This document shows, piece after piece, positions 54,701 to 64,000 of a DNA stretch of 64,000 nt. Made by a program: the position numbers and the translations under genes. The stretch is from the NCBI GenBank assembly GCA_002633005.1, contig NMRA01000032.1:786911-850910 (forward strand). The letters are read 5' to 3'. Below the pieces are notes generated by a model that ran no database searches, was not told the DNA's origin, and saw only the letters and a list, made by a program, of their open reading frames with translations. The DNA comes from Phoronis australis (Eukaryota; Animalia; Phoronida). Every line of letters begins with the position of its first letter. Within the stretch, counting starts at the first letter, position 1.

Positions 54701-57700
54701 TGTTCACCTGTACAGGTGTGCTGTGCTAATGTTCAGCTGTGCTGGGTTCTAAGTGACATGTTTCGGAACAGAAACTGTTATGGTTATGGATCACTCTAAC
54801 AAGCACTCAAATTATTTTGTTTTGTCTCATTTCCACTTCTGCCCGCCTTTCTTGTTTGATGGCTTTTAATAACAACAGTTTTCAAAAGTGAATAAAATGT
54901 CAGAATTGAAAAGTACTTTTATTAACGATCTATTGGCTATATGGAGTGTTTTATATTTTTTTTTCATTTTTAAAAAGCCAGGATCTTATTGAAAGAAGTC
55001 TGTTTTTTAAGATGTTATGTCTAATTAATATGTTGTTTTGTGGTGTTTCTCATGAAGATACAATGTTCAGTCCTGGGTGACATTATTGATACAACAAAGA
55101 ATCTGCTCTAAGTCACAAAGAAAATGGTAAAGCTCTGGTGTCTTGTTCCAGGAAACAATATTCAAGGAGATCATAGAACCCATGATAAGTCGCAGTGCCT
55201 CCGTCCGCCTGACCTTTCCCAGTGGTCGACAGGCGCGGGCCATAATCATGTACAAGGTCATCGACATCCTCTACTTGATTGGTCTACGACTCGGCTTCGA
55301 AATGGCGCGTAACATGCTGGCTGATATTATGCAGCATATGTTCCTGACCTTCGACACCATCTACAAGGGGACGGACATCGCAACAGCGGTCATGAACTCG
55401 CCCAACAGCCCACCTATGTGCAGTATTCCCTTAAAGACAGGTAAAAAGATAATATATAATAGTAATAATCATGATGATAACAACAATATGAATAACATCA
55501 ACAATAATAACAGTAATAATAGTAATGATAATGATAATGATACAAATTTGACTTGGATACAATTGATGTAAGAGGAAGACGGTAATGATGTATGATGTTA
55601 TTTTTTGCAAAAGTGTACGAGCCCTATGTACAATCCTCAAAACTTGCAATATATTTCTGTAATCTAGTGCAATTCCTCTTCTGCTGAGACCGATCCCCAA
55701 ATTATGCTTGAAGCCTGCACTCTATGACATTGTGCACACAATTTTTCAACCAAATCTGATTTCCTGTTTCTCATAGCGGACCTGAGCCGCAGCTTTTCAG
55801 AGGAGGCCTACCTGGATATCAAACTAGACAGTGGGACTCATGAATACACCATCGGCACACCGGTCAGGCTGGACTCATTTCATCTTCTATCGGAATCGGC
55901 GGGGTCAAGCAAGTTACGACCGCACAGCTTGACGCCACCTCATGAGGGTAGGTTGTATGTGGAGTTAACGATATTGCTTTGTTGCAACAGTTTTCATCTT
56001 GTGTGTTTTGAAATGAGGGTAAAGTCTCACCAGTTTCTGAAATGAAAATAACTACCAGTATTGTCATAGTTACCAGTATTGTCATAGTTACCAGTATTGT
56101 CATGGTTACCAGTATTGTCATAGTTACCAGTATTCTCATAGTTAACAGTATTCTCATAGCTACCAGTATTGTCATAGTTACCAGTATTCTCATAATTACC
56201 AGTATTGTCATAGTTACCAGTATTGTCATAGTTACCAGTATTCTCATAGCTACCAGTATTGTCATAGTTACTAGCATTGTCATTTCTTTGTTTTTAAATG
56301 GCTTCTATCTTTGAGTGATTGTCTGCAGTTTTTGAAATCTTTTGCAGTTTGTGGCTACGGTAAAAAACTACTTTGGCTTTATTTATTGTTTAGCAAAAAT
56401 TAGGAACTAAACGTCAATTGTCGGCTGTGTTGTGGCCTAAATTAGTGTGATTTTGTCATATACTAAACCCAGTCTTAATATGTTGACAGTTATAACGGTA
56501 TGTTTTGGGCATTGTTTAGTGAAGAATAACAGGCCAAATGCAAATATATTCATACTATATTCCCCAAAGTCCAATGTTTTGGTTTAGTCTTGAACCATCA
56601 TCGGGGATTTATGAACTATGATTTAATAATTTAATTTTGTTTTTCTTTGCATTTGCGTTGATATCCACCAAGTTCCATGATGGATTCTCATGAAATCTTA
56701 GCTAGCAAATACATTACTATCATGTTGGTAACATTATGGGCCCTGTTTCAAATGGTTTTGACCTACATTGCATCCCCTAGTGGCCTTTCTGTTGTTTTTA
56801 TTTCCTTTGATTCTGCAAACTTCTTGAAGAAAGATGATGAAAGCTGGCTGAAGTGTTCTTATTGAGAAGAGCATTACTCTAACTTGCTTTACACCTCCTA
56901 CAGACTAATATTGGGTTTACTACCATTGTTCCCTTTGCTGGGAATGTTTAAAGCAATAACCATCTCTTGTATCTGCGATGTATACGATGTACACAGTGGG
57001 TGCAGATCAACTCTCTGTGTTGCTCTAACTTGTAATATATTTTAGCTTCTATATTACATAAAATTCTTTGAGATAAATGGGCGATATTGTGTGTTGTAGA
57101 CGAAGATCAAACTACGCCGGAGGGTAACAAGGAACAAATCTTGGAAGAGATTCGGTCGGTGTTCTCACCTGAGCTAGCAAACACAACCTATGTGGCCTTT
57201 TGTAAACTTATTGGAAAGTTAGTATCATTGTGTCTGGAATCCCAGTACAGTGTAATCCGTGCACAGTAATTATTTATTTCATCTTGGGACTCCCTGGCAC
57301 ATCAAAGTCATTCTCAGAACACACAAGCCCGTCGATACAGCGTGCTGAAATGAGCTGGTTACTTCCAGAAACGTGTCTCTATTGTGGACATTTTCTTTCT
57401 TAGCATTCAAAAATCTAAAGGAAATTTTCACCAACATCTACTGAGGAAGGCTTCAGTCTTTAAAAGTAGAAAATTTCTGGTATTTTCTTCACTTTTTGGA
57501 TCCAAAGAATAATTGACTACAGATATCCTGATGGAATTATTTGGAGCCATTCAGATGCTTTACAGATGGATATTTCTTCTTTAGGACTTTAACGCCACCT
57601 AGTGGCTATCAAGTAATCCATTGTCTGGCATTGTCATGTGAAATAATATCTGAATTGTTTGCAGCTTTTATGTTGATGCAAATATAAAGAACTACGACCT

Positions 57701-60700
57701 AATCCGTTGTTTGTGCCAAACGTATGAAGAGGCATCCTCTGCTTCAGGTGAACATAGCTCAGTCAAAACTAAAGTTGAGGGTAAATATTTCATATAATCT
57801 TTAAGTCCCATTTTTGTAGCGCTCTCTGCTAGTTGGTGTTGTTTGTCCCCACTGGTATCAAGCCTATTAATAGCTAGGTAATATGACTTTTTTCATTATC
57901 CTGCAGTCAAAGAACATGATTGATTGTTTTATGTTATAATTGAGACTTGAAATTGTATGCGACTAATCTTTGATGAGTTCAACCATTTCTGCTATTAATT
58001 CTGAATCCTGACCCGTTATTGGGTAGTAGCTTTTTACAGGGGTCCCACATTTTGTGAACCAGTTTTCTCCTGTTAATAATGGGCGTCAAACTGGTTCTCA
58101 AAGTCCGTGACCCCTGTAAGTGGCTATTGGCTGTTATTGTTTGGAGGAATTAGTTAGATATGGTAATGGTTGTTATAGTAATAAATTCAAAAGTTGGAAT
58201 TGCTAATGAGATTCAACAAGTAGGTACATGATGACTCTTAGTAAATGTAATATCATTAGTGGGTGCTCGTCTTGCTTTGTAGATGGAAACGATGCGACTG
58301 CAGCACCAAGGAACTCCCAGAAAACATCGTGTTTACCTGGTAATAACTGTTGTATGATTTTTGAGAGGGTTTGTTCTAAATTTTATGTCTAAACAACATG
58401 GTGTAAAGCAGTAGCAATCTGTTTTTAAGTCAACTGTTATATAAGCTTTTTTATTGAGATAAGGCCAAAAAACACAGTTGGTTCAGTCTGTTCCTTACCT
58501 CAGACCTGTTATTAATAAACGCGCGACTGGTTTATATTGAGTAAAAGGTGGACTTTTTTTGAAAAAGTTAGCAATACTTAAAAATACTGCACCACCACGT
58601 CAATTTTAAAAAATTGCTTTAAGTTTGTGGCCTAAAAACTGAAACATTTGAATCTTAACACATAGTCATGAGCTTTAACTTTTCTCAAATGGCTCATTTT
58701 CTAATGTCGCTTGTTTCAGATGCTGTTTATACCAATTAACCTTAGTTTGTCTTCAATTTGGTTCATCACAGCCATGGCTTCTCCTTTTTCAGTCCTCGCT
58801 ACTAATACACAATCACTATCAGATGAAAGCACTGACAATGAAGTGTCAGGCAGTTTTGGCAGCAATGTCATCAAAATAGGAAATAGGATCGCGCTGAGCG
58901 AAGATCCCCCAAAGAGAGTGTCAGAGGCTCATCAAATGGACACAACAAGACTGAAGAGGTAATGAGAAGTGTGTTCCAAATAGGGGGGTACCACAACTGA
59001 TTCTTATCGGACAATTTAGTTAATTGAGTGTATAATCAAGGGATGAACGTTTTTTAAAAACTTAGTGAAATGCAGTTAATGTTCAAAATTGTATTGAGAA
59101 GGATTTTATGAGACCTTTTAATGGTGTGAAACTTTTGGTGTCGGAGGCCATCTGGACAGTTCAAAGTATTATGCATTATGTCTAGTGTTATTCTTTATTT
59201 CTAAATTTATTATTCATTATATTCTGAAACAGAAACTTTCATATTCTTGTAAAATGAGTTTTAAAAATTAAAGATGTTGTATAGATTTTTATCCTTACTT
59301 TTTATCAGGCTGGAGAAGAACAACATTACATCGAATTACACAATTTGTTACTTTGTCAGTTTATGTTCTGATATGTTCCCTCGGTATGAAAGGTAGGCAA
59401 TTTTGCAGCACAGCTTTCTCAGCATATGTTCAGGTAACGTTAAGGCAAACTGCTCTGTCAATAAAATTGGATGGATTTTGACCGCTCAGCACGTTCTCAT
59501 TATTATGTGAGACATATATATTATGTGAGACTGACATGTTTCCCACCGAGAAAGTGAATGAAGATCATCTTTCATTTTAATGATGGCCACTCTGTTTTTG
59601 TTCAAATACAAATAGCAAGGATTTTTACCAAAGCTCTGACTTGTTTGTAACTTTTGTAAACCAAATTTTGAGCTTTCGTTTGTCGTTCTAGTCCTGAGAT
59701 AGAACGGAACAACAAGAGACATCTGCGGGGCAACTGGCTTGCCTACTGGGAACATGAACTTGGACGAAGTGAGCGAGAAACAACATTCAACTTCAAACAA
59801 ATCAAACTGCAAAGCTTTAACGGTCAGTTTTAGTTTGTTGTTCAAAACAAATAATACCTAAAAGCCCCCTGCGGTACCATTTTTTGAAAATCATTGTTTT
59901 TGTTTTCATGTTTTAAGACGGAACACTTCGTTTTGTTTCTCTAATACTCGGAGATAACATTTCTAATCACGCGTGATAAAATCATGACCAGCTGGAGTTG
60001 CTGCTTGCTTCACATGGGAGATTCACTCCCTGATTTATTCCTGTTTTTCAGTTTTCCTTACTTCCGTTTCACCGAATTAGCACTGCGTCGGGCTTTAAAC
60101 AGTCTGATAGTTGATCTAAATATTGAATAACTCTTGAGATGATTTTGAAGTTGTTGTATTCGAGGAATTGAATAGAACTTCCATGTTTTACTAACAGCGC
60201 TCTATGGTTGGGTGTTGTAACTAAACTAAAAATGTTTAAAGCAGAATATGGAAATTCGTGCAAGCTGCATCTCCCTGCAAATAAACATGAATGAGGCAAT
60301 CATTTTCAAACATAGAATATGTTTATTTCAATCATCAGGGATTAGAAAAATACACTTTTTCATTTCTTGACTATAAGACAACAGGTTAAAAGATCAATAT
60401 GTGGGTGCATGTGGCTCTTGATGACACAGGTATTCATTTACCTTAATTAAGATATGGTAACTCTTCAACTGAGGAGCAAAATTCTTTGGACATATACAAT
60501 AAAGTCGTTGCCTCATTAACGTTTGCGATCTCCATGGTTCGGAGGTCATTCTTAGACTGATGTCTGTCGAGTACCTGGACATGCGATGTCAAAAGTGGAG
60601 CTAGAAATTTGTATGTATTCTGAACATATGAATCTTTTTAGGTAATTCTTTTTAGCACATAATATGGTGAACAAGTGAAATTTATTTCTTTTGGGAATTT

Positions 60701-63700
60701 TTTCATAAAAGTATCAGATTAAAAAATTAGTATCTTTTTGTCTTGATTTGCATTCTGCAGTTGTCATGCGGCCATTTTAACCGACAAACAACACGTTGTC
60801 AGGTAAGACTTATTGTTTGTTTTTTTGGGTATCATGTGATTTTTGCAAGGGGGTGTAGCTTGCGATACGTCAATTATTTCTGTGCGGAGAGTTACCATAC
60901 TTTGGTTGGTGTGCCTCTGTCTGCATGTTCCTTTGATTTCTCCACAGATCATACCAGCAGCATACGCGCCATTCATGTGATGAACAATGAGAACTCATTC
61001 ATCAGCGCGAGCAAGGATAAAACAGTCAAGTTGTGGTCACTGCGCAATATGGGCGATGGTAACACGAGGTACTCGATTGCTTTATTATTGCTGGTTATGG
61101 TAAAGTTTCTTCGAATTAAAACACAATATGTGGGAACATTAAAATTTCTTGGTCTTCTCAATATTAATAAAACCTAACTTGAATAATGTACCTCTGTCTA
61201 CGTCTTAGCCTAGATATAATGATTCGTTTTCTGGGTCTCTTTGTATTATTATTGTTTTGTCTTACACTTGTGTTGCATTAAAAAATGAAAGGAGTTTACC
61301 CGGCCAGCAAGGGTAAAGACGTCTGTTTACCCTAGCCATAGATAAATCTTAATTTCAAAAACGTGGCACCAAAGGCTTTCACCTACATTGCCTAGGACCT
61401 CAAAGCTCGGTTTTCTTTTTTACTGTAATTAATGTTATTTCCTTGTAACATTTTTCTCAGGAATCAAAGCCAATGGAGCTATCCGCACCACAAGAAGTCC
61501 GTTTTCTCCGTTACTTTCCTCGAGTCTATTGGGATAGCAGCCTCTTGTGACAGCAGTCTGCATGTGAGTATACGTCTGCCATTCAAGGTCATGAAGGACT
61601 TTATCGACAAGTCTTGTGTACTCAGCCAGGTACCTAAAAACTATAGAATTTAACTTGGTAAAGGTGTTGTATTTTCTGGAAGCAGAAAGCCTGGTGTGGA
61701 ATTTGATTTTTGACTGTTTACCAATTTGTTGTTGATTGGGTGATGTGACCGTCTTTTTATACTAACATTTAGCAAAACAGAAAGGTAAATTGATAGCAAA
61801 ACAGTATTAAGAATACAAATAATTTTTTGATAATCTTTCATTGCAGAAATGGAACATTTTAAAGCAAATCCTAAGATTATTTTGGAGAACGGAACATAAA
61901 GCATAGTTACTGCAAGAATCATATGAATTCAATCAACCGTTTCTGTGATATGATGTTCTAGTTTTGGACATTTTATTTAACCTTAAGATTATAGGTAATG
62001 GAATGGAAATATAAAAATTTTGCTAATTTTGTAATGTTGCTGTGGTTGACCAGATTCCTTGAAACATGCAGAAACTATGGTATATGTTCTTTATTATAAT
62101 CACTAAAAAGGACCTTTTCACAATATTTGAAAAGGCTGATTATGTTGCTACAAATAATGGAAACTTTACCAAATGTTGTTTTGTCATATCTACACACTGC
62201 AACCCATGCTGATAACACGCTAAAATGTTCTTAATCTTTATATTTGTGGAGAAGTTTGTCAAAATAGAATTTCACTTGTGGGTAACATTGTGTGCTAAAG
62301 AAGTGAAGAATTCCATCGCAATGGAGAAGTGTTGCCTTTCCATGCCACCTCATTGAAAATTAAAATCTGTGGGTATCAGATGGTCAAGCGATCAGCCTTT
62401 GACCAGTGAAACACACTGTACGTATGCACATAGTTTGTTCCAAGCTAATTTTTGGAACCACGAACATGACTAGCAGTTATGTAATATGGTCTGTTGTTGC
62501 AGTAATGTCCCCTGTGCAAGTATTTGTAATTTTGATTGCTGATTTTCCAAAGATGACTGATTTATTCAGTTTTGTCATTAATTATCAAGAGTCGCAGTCG
62601 TGTGTTTTATTTTTCCTCAGCTGTGGGACCCCTTCGTTGGAGCGTGCTTGAAACAATTTGAGTCATCACGATACATTCCCGTTACTGTGTTATCACCACT
62701 GCCAGCGCCATCTTTTAACCTTGTCGCAGGAACAACAGAGGGCACTCTGAAGTATGTATTGTCAGGTGTAAAAGTTTTTATTTAAGGGTGCAGACTACAA
62801 GAATCGTGTGTTTAACAAGTGCGAATGTGAGAGTGCACGATTCGGTAAAGTCCCACCAAATTTGGACAAAAAATAATTGATTAATAATTTTCTTTTTTTC
62901 GTTTTTCAAGGGCGTCTATCATTGTTATGAATGCCCGCAACTTTTCAAAATTTTGTCTCGGTAATTATGAAACAGAGCTTGAACATGGAAAACTGTAAAT
63001 TTGGTGCTACATTTCTTTTATGCAAAAAAAATGAAAAAACAAGATTTCACTTGTCGTCCATAATGTGCCCTAAATTGGTGAGATTTTACCGTAGGCAGAT
63101 GATTATGTGTCTTAGCTTGCTGACTCTTATGGGGTTTTAAGTCATTTCTGCTTTGACATTGGTGCCAGGTTTGTTGTATGGATGCTCAACTGATTGGGGG
63201 CAAGCTACCCCTGCCGGAAGGAAGCTGTCCCGGGGAAAGTATTGAAAATTCAGTTGTTACTTAGTACGCGCTTGTTATGTGTTTCTAACATTTATCATTG
63301 AATTGCTGAGCTTTACAATTGGATGTTGATGCTGTTCACAAAATTGGTGTTCATGGACATGATGGGATGTTCAAGCCCATTGTTCAATGATGGTTAAAAG
63401 TGTTCATAATTCATTGTACAGTTGTGATGATGGTAAAAAACGAGAGAGGTTAGTTACTAGAAGACTATAAGTTAGGTGCACATAGGTATGTGTACCTAAC
63501 TTATAGTAGGTAACTTCTGATGATCAATGATGTTTTCCCTTTCATAGGTTCGTCGATGTTCGAGAAAAGGACTATATCCATGAATTTAGGTGTTCGACGT
63601 CACAAGCTGGTGAGTTGAATGTATTGTGCGTGTACAAAGGAGGCTTTAACACATATCAAATAAAGAAGTGGATAGTCAATTTCATAATGTTTTAATTGCT

Positions 63701-63984
63701 TTGCCACACGTTGTATGCAAACACTTATTGTTTTAGTGTTAGTAACCACTTGTTTAAAGTGTGAATAGAATTTCTGTCAAGCCTCTAGCTGGTAATATTT
63801 AATATTAGGCTCCGTCACTATCAGGCCCACTCTATCTCTTGCAGGACTGATTCGCTGCATATCTGTCAGTCCCAATGGGTTGTGGGTGGCCGTGGGTTTT
63901 TCGTCGGGCATCATCTCGGTACTTGACGTGAGGACAGGCCTTGTAATGGGTGTGTGGAAAGGGCACGACAACGAGGTCTTACAG
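36750..63984 (+). CDS. WDR81: WD repeat-containing protein 81 (BEACH domain plus C-terminal WD40); 3'-partial, continues beyond the window
   Basis: Phase-consistent exons: 36750-36827, 43268-43446, 44002-44158, 44574-45659, 46477-46656, 46882-46950, 48191-48258, 48490-48631, 49027-49208, 50576-51185, 51430-51684, 52115-52517, 53050-53189, 54541-54660, 55152-55440, 55777-55947, 57100-57217, 57665-57780, 58283-58339, 58772-58958, 59692-59822, 60948-61068, 61461-61563, 62621-62751, 63548-63609, 63845-63984. BEACH motifs: [66 protein letters not shown]81-specific: [47 protein letters not shown]40: [15 protein letters not shown]. The small exons in disordered regions (46882, 48191, 58283) are less certain. 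Confidence 0.93.
39212..39351. mobile_element. Palindromic mini-element (MITE), family A copy 1
   Basis: About 64-bp arms GGTAAAAGTGGAGTAAAC...TTTCACTGAATAA / TTATTCAGTGAAA...GTTTACTCCACTTTTACC around a ~12-nt loop. Direct repeat GGTGGGG at 39205-39211 and 39352-39358. Confidence 0.8.
41675..42465 (-). mobile_element. Penelope-like retroelement 3' fragment (GIY-YIG endonuclease), 5'-truncated, bracketed by a 54-bp inverted repeat
   Basis: ORF 41999-42403 (-) contains LPYL..., [41 protein letters not shown], the Penelope GIY-YIG pattern. After a frameshift it continues as [16 protein letters not shown]. 41675-41728 is the reverse complement of 42412-42465 with 1 mismatch. Confidence 0.85.
44574..45659 (+). 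CDS. WDR81: WDR81 large exon encoding most of the BEACH domain
   Basis: Lies within the 369-aa ORF 44556-45665. Acceptor tttcag|AAT and donor AAG|gtataa; contains the BEACH motifs [15 protein letters not shown] and WIDLTFG. Confidence 0.95.
47597..47746. mobile_element. Degenerate MITE, possibly PIF/Harbinger-like
   Basis: GTTCAGTAAC...CGCTAGGACCTAGCTAAA pairs with TTTAGCGAGGTCCTAGCGTTACTGAAC, with CAG on both flanks. The extreme termini are mismatched. Confidence 0.5.
50122..50230. mobile_element. Palindromic mini-element (MITE), family A copy 2
   Basis: GGTAATAGTCTGATATAACGTGCCCG..GAGAACCAGTTT / AAACTGGTTCTC..CGGGCACGTTATATCAAACTATT. Flanking direct repeat TAAAGCAGC at 50113-50121 and 50231-50239. 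Confidence 0.8.
54677..54740. repeat. 29-bp tandem repeat just downstream of a WDR81 donor
   Basis: ACCTGTACAGGTGTGC..TGCTAATGTTC x2 plus a partial third copy. Confidence 0.8.
56053..56283. repeat. 18-bp minisatellite (TACCAGTATTGTCATAGT), about 13 copies
   Basis: Direct reading; it explains the repetitive spurious ORFs 55864-56283 and 56042-56314. Confidence 0.95.
56566..56608 (-). ncRNA. Degenerate (probably inactive) minimal type I hammerhead ribozyme motif, Penelope-associated type
   Basis: Minus strand reads TCC CCGATGA TGGTT CAAGACT AAACC AAAA CATT GGA, against the consensus stemI-CUGAUGA-stemII-GAAA-CGUH-stemI. Stem II (GGTT/AACC) and stem I (TCC/GGA) are intact; three core positions are substituted. 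Confidence 0.45.
58022..58130. mobile_element. Palindromic mini-element (MITE), family A copy 3
   Basis: GGTAGTAGC..TTACAGGGGTC..GAACCAGTTT / AAACTGGTTC..GACCCCTGTAA..GCTA. Flanking near-direct repeat CCGTTATTG / CTGTTATTG at 58013-58021 and 58131-58139. Confidence 0.75.
63464..63507. other. 44-bp near-perfect hairpin in the WDR81 intron upstream of exon 63548
   Basis: ACTATAAGTTAGGTGCACATA / TATGTGTACCTAACTTATAGT, 21-bp arms with one G-T pair. Confidence 0.8.
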
Positions 63985-64000
63985 GTAAGGTACACAGGAG

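Noticed and set aside
56053-56283. Regularly spaced repeats and two repetitive ORFs (TSIVIV/MTILV) that might suggest a CRISPR array or a repeat protein
   Set aside because: The units abut directly with no unique spacers, and the region lies in a WDR81 intron. The ORFs are a by-product of an 18-bp (multiple of 3) minisatellite.

Overview
Eukaryotic (animal, probably invertebrate; species not determinable from this window), AT-rich, intron-rich genomic DNA. I traced three spliced genes exon by exon using GT-AG boundaries and consistent reading phase. (1) Acetyl-CoA synthetase, ACSS1-like (+): 13 exons in 2933-13808, first exon upstream of the window. (2) Complete ABCD4 lysosomal cobalamin transporter (-): 15 exons, 30537-16552, 616 aa. 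(3) WDR81 (BEACH + WD40, +): ATG at 36750, about 26 exons seen, running off the right edge. Between the divergent ABCD4 and WDR81 starts is an intronless, frame-disrupted protein-kinase-fold (pseudokinase) locus (32518-34058) and a ~700-bp near-identical duplication joined at an N, probably an assembly artefact. The introns carry several MITEs, a tRNA-derived SINE, a Penelope-like GIY-YIG fragment bracketed by a 54-bp inverted repeat, and a degenerate hammerhead-ribozyme motif. The most notable observations are: short tandem duplications that repeatedly span splice sites (one in frame with its acceptor intact, others with the GT mutated); a family of three palindromic mini-elements with a shared core but different self-complementary arms; and the pseudokinase, whose frame breaks can be read as +1 shifts at motif-like sites.
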